Shown: positions 37,695 to 39,264 of the stretch, piece by piece | Layout: each line of letters starts with the position of its first letter | How positions within the stretch are numbered: position 1 is the stretch's first letter | Assembly (NCBI GenBank): GCA_964646045.1 | Contig: CAZYAW010000162.1 | Location: 1-39,264 of the forward strand | DNA from: an uncultured Victivallales bacterium | Lineage (GTDB): Bacteria; Verrucomicrobiota; Kiritimatiellia; UBA8416; SLMC01 | Length of the DNA: 39,264 bases | Direction: 5' to 3' | Position numbers and translations under genes: made by a program | The notes under the pieces: generated by a model | Database searches by the model: none | The model's input: the letters and a program-made list of their open reading frames with translations, nothing else | What the model was told of the DNA's origin: nothing

Positions 37695-38399
37695 TTAGAA
37701 GGTCGCGAACACGCCCGACGTGTGCAGATGGATCAAGAAAAGCACAATCAGAGCAAAAATCAAGGGTAAACCGAAGGCCAATCCGGCTTTGAACCAAAAC
37801 CCGAACCCACGCGGCCATGGCTGACCGGCGCTCGGCTCCGCATCCGGGTCGGCGACGCCGCGCCCGTTGCCGCCGCGGTGCCAGCGCGTGGCCTCGAGGC
37901 GGGCGAGTCCCTTGCGGTAAACCGTTTGCGCGGCGGCCACCGCGACGGCCGCGGCGTCCAGCTCCTCCTTGAAGCGGTCGCCCTCCCAGGCGTCCTCGCG
38001 AATCCGGCCCAGTTCCGTCAAATGTTCGGCGAACCGTTCGTGCGTTTCACCCAGCAGTTCCACCATGCGCAACGCCTGCGCTTTTTCCTTTTCCAGAAGC
38101 TGCAGGCGACCCGACAATTTTTCGACGATGTCGCGCTTGTCGCGCTCGTAGGCCTCCTGTTTGCGGGCCAACTCCTGCAAATCCTGCTTCTCGCGCTCCA
38201 GCTCGGCCTGCCGCATGCGCAGCCGCTCGATTTCCCCGGAGGCGCCCCCGACCTGACCGGAGACCTCGGCGCGCTGACGCTGCAGGCGCTCCCGGGCGTC
38301 GGCGGAAAGCGCGGCGGGCGGCACGGCGCGCGGCCGGGCCTCCTCGTTTTCGAACAGAGCGTCATCGTGATGGCTTGCGTCTCTTGCGTCGCTGTCCAT
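37695..38399 (-). CDS. Hypothetical coiled-coil protein with C-terminal TM anchor
   Basis: AGGAGG RBS; E/R/K/Q-rich helical body; C-terminal FGFWFKAGLAFGLPLIFALIVLFL. Confidence 0.7.
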   Translation of the reverse strand: MDSDARDASHHDDALFENEEARPRAVPPAALSADARERLQRQRAEVSGQVGGASGEIERLRMRQAELEREKQDLQELARKQEAYERDKRDIVEKLSGRLQLLEKEKAQALRMVELLGETHERFAEHLTELGRIREDAWEGDRFKEELDAAAVAVAAAQTVYRKGLARLEATRWHRGGNGRGVADPDAEPSAGQPWPRGFGFWFKAGLAFGLPLIFALIVLFLIHLHTSGVFATF

Positions 38400-38421
38400 G
38401 GGTTCCTCCTTGACGGCCGCG

Positions 38422-39090
38422 CTATTCGGGGGGGATTTCGAGCGTCTGCCCCGCGTAAATGGCGTTGGCGTCCTTCAGTTTGTTCCGGCGCACCAGATCG
38501 GCCACGCCGACGTTGTGGCGCTGGGCGATTTGCGTCAGGGTCTCGCCGGGCCGCACTCGATGCCGCCGCGGCGGCGGAGGCGGCCGCGGGCGCTCCGCCG
38601 CCTTTTCTTTCAGGGCGGCCAGTTCCGTTTCCAGTTGCCGGATGCGGTCGCGCATCTCGGCATTGTTGATCCGCAGCCGCTCGGCCTCGCGCATCGTCGC
38701 CCGGTCGCCGCTGGGCGGCAGATTGGCGGCGGCAAACGCCTGCCGTGCCAGACGCATGCGGTTTTCGATCAGGTCGCGTTTTTCCGTATTCGGCCGCAAG
38801 TCCAGGTAGCGCCCGTAATGATAGAGCGCCGGAATGTAGTCGGCCTTGGCGTCGTGCAGCAGCAAGGCCAGATCCAAACTGGCCCGTGCCGAACGGGGAT
38901 CGAGTTCCAGAACCTTGCGATACAGATCCATCGCATAGTCCGTGTCGCCCTCCGCCTGCTTGGCCGCCGCCCGCCGCATCAGCGGATCGCGCTCCTCTCG
39001 CGCGTCGAGACGCCGCACGGAGTCGCGACAGCCCGCGCCGCTCCCGAGCAGAACGCCGCCCGCCAGAATTATGGCCATGCCGTCTCTCAT
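38422..39090 (-). CDS. Lipoprotein with TPR, coiled coil and C-terminal LysM domain
   Basis: Lipobox GAGC; TPR YRKVLELDP; LysM HRVRPGETLTQIAQRHNV...N...IYAGQTLEIP. Confidence 0.85.
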   Translation of the reverse strand: MRDGMAIILAGGVLLGSGAGCRDSVRRLDAREERDPLMRRAAAKQAEGDTDYAMDLYRKVLELDPRSARASLDLALLLHDAKADYIPALYHYGRYLDLRPNTEKRDLIENRMRLARQAFAAANLPPSGDRATMREAERLRINNAEMRDRIRQLETELAALKEKAAERPRPPPPPRRHRVRPGETLTQIAQRHNVGVADLVRRNKLKDANAIYAGQTLEIPPE

Positions 39091-39092
39091 TG

Positions 39093-39264
39093 TCAATTGT
39101 ACGCCGTCAAGGTTAGCCTGGCCTGTCCATTGGGTTCTCCCGCCGCGAGAACTCGTTCGCGGCGCAAGTGCATTTCTCCCTGTCGGCGCCGCTTGCGCAC
39201 TTCGTACAGGGTTTCCGGCGCCACGAGCGGTACGACCGCCTGTGTCGTCTTCCCCGGGGCGGCC
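39093..39264 (-). CDS. Possible 3' end of a gene entering from the right edge (unidentified)
   Basis: Open frame AAPGKTTQAVVPLVAPETLYEVRKRRRQGEMHLRRERVL...YN* ends just before the LysM gene start. Confidence 0.3.
   Translation of the reverse strand, partial: AAPGKTTQAVVPLVAPETLYEVRKRRRQGEMHLRRERVLAAGEPNGQARLTLTAYN

Overview
GC-rich bacterial chromosome segment; gene content and style (bamD-lptE pair, pilB-pilT-pilB, GlnRS plus GatCAB, FGE-sulfatase lipoprotein) suggest a PVC-superphylum organism such as Kiritimatiellota/Verrucomicrobiota (inference). In order: FGE-sulfatase-domain gene; minus-strand glnS, HAD-IIA hydrolase, GT2, CPBP protease, bamD, lptE; a cation:proton antiporter fused to a PTS EIIA-like domain; a pstCAB-phoU-phoB-phoR operon with no pstS and an 11-bp-periodic Pho-box-like array; a decayed patch (17.5-19.2 kb); an MFS/sugar isomerase/PfkB kinase cluster; and a long minus-strand run (LysM lipoprotein, gatCAB, pilB-pilT-pilB, epimerase, TauE, ABC exporter, TPR protein, ExeA/ExeB-like, tsaE). 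No rRNA, tRNA, CRISPR, transposase or reverse transcriptase was seen. The most unusual signals are non-coding. (1) A ~100-nt three-hairpin element sits directly before the start codons of both glnS and phoU. (2) A MITE-like family carries interchangeable REP palindromes, with one copy apparently inserted in-frame into a signal peptide. (3) A second two-copy repeat shows nested hairpin insertion. All alignments and base-pairings were done by eye.
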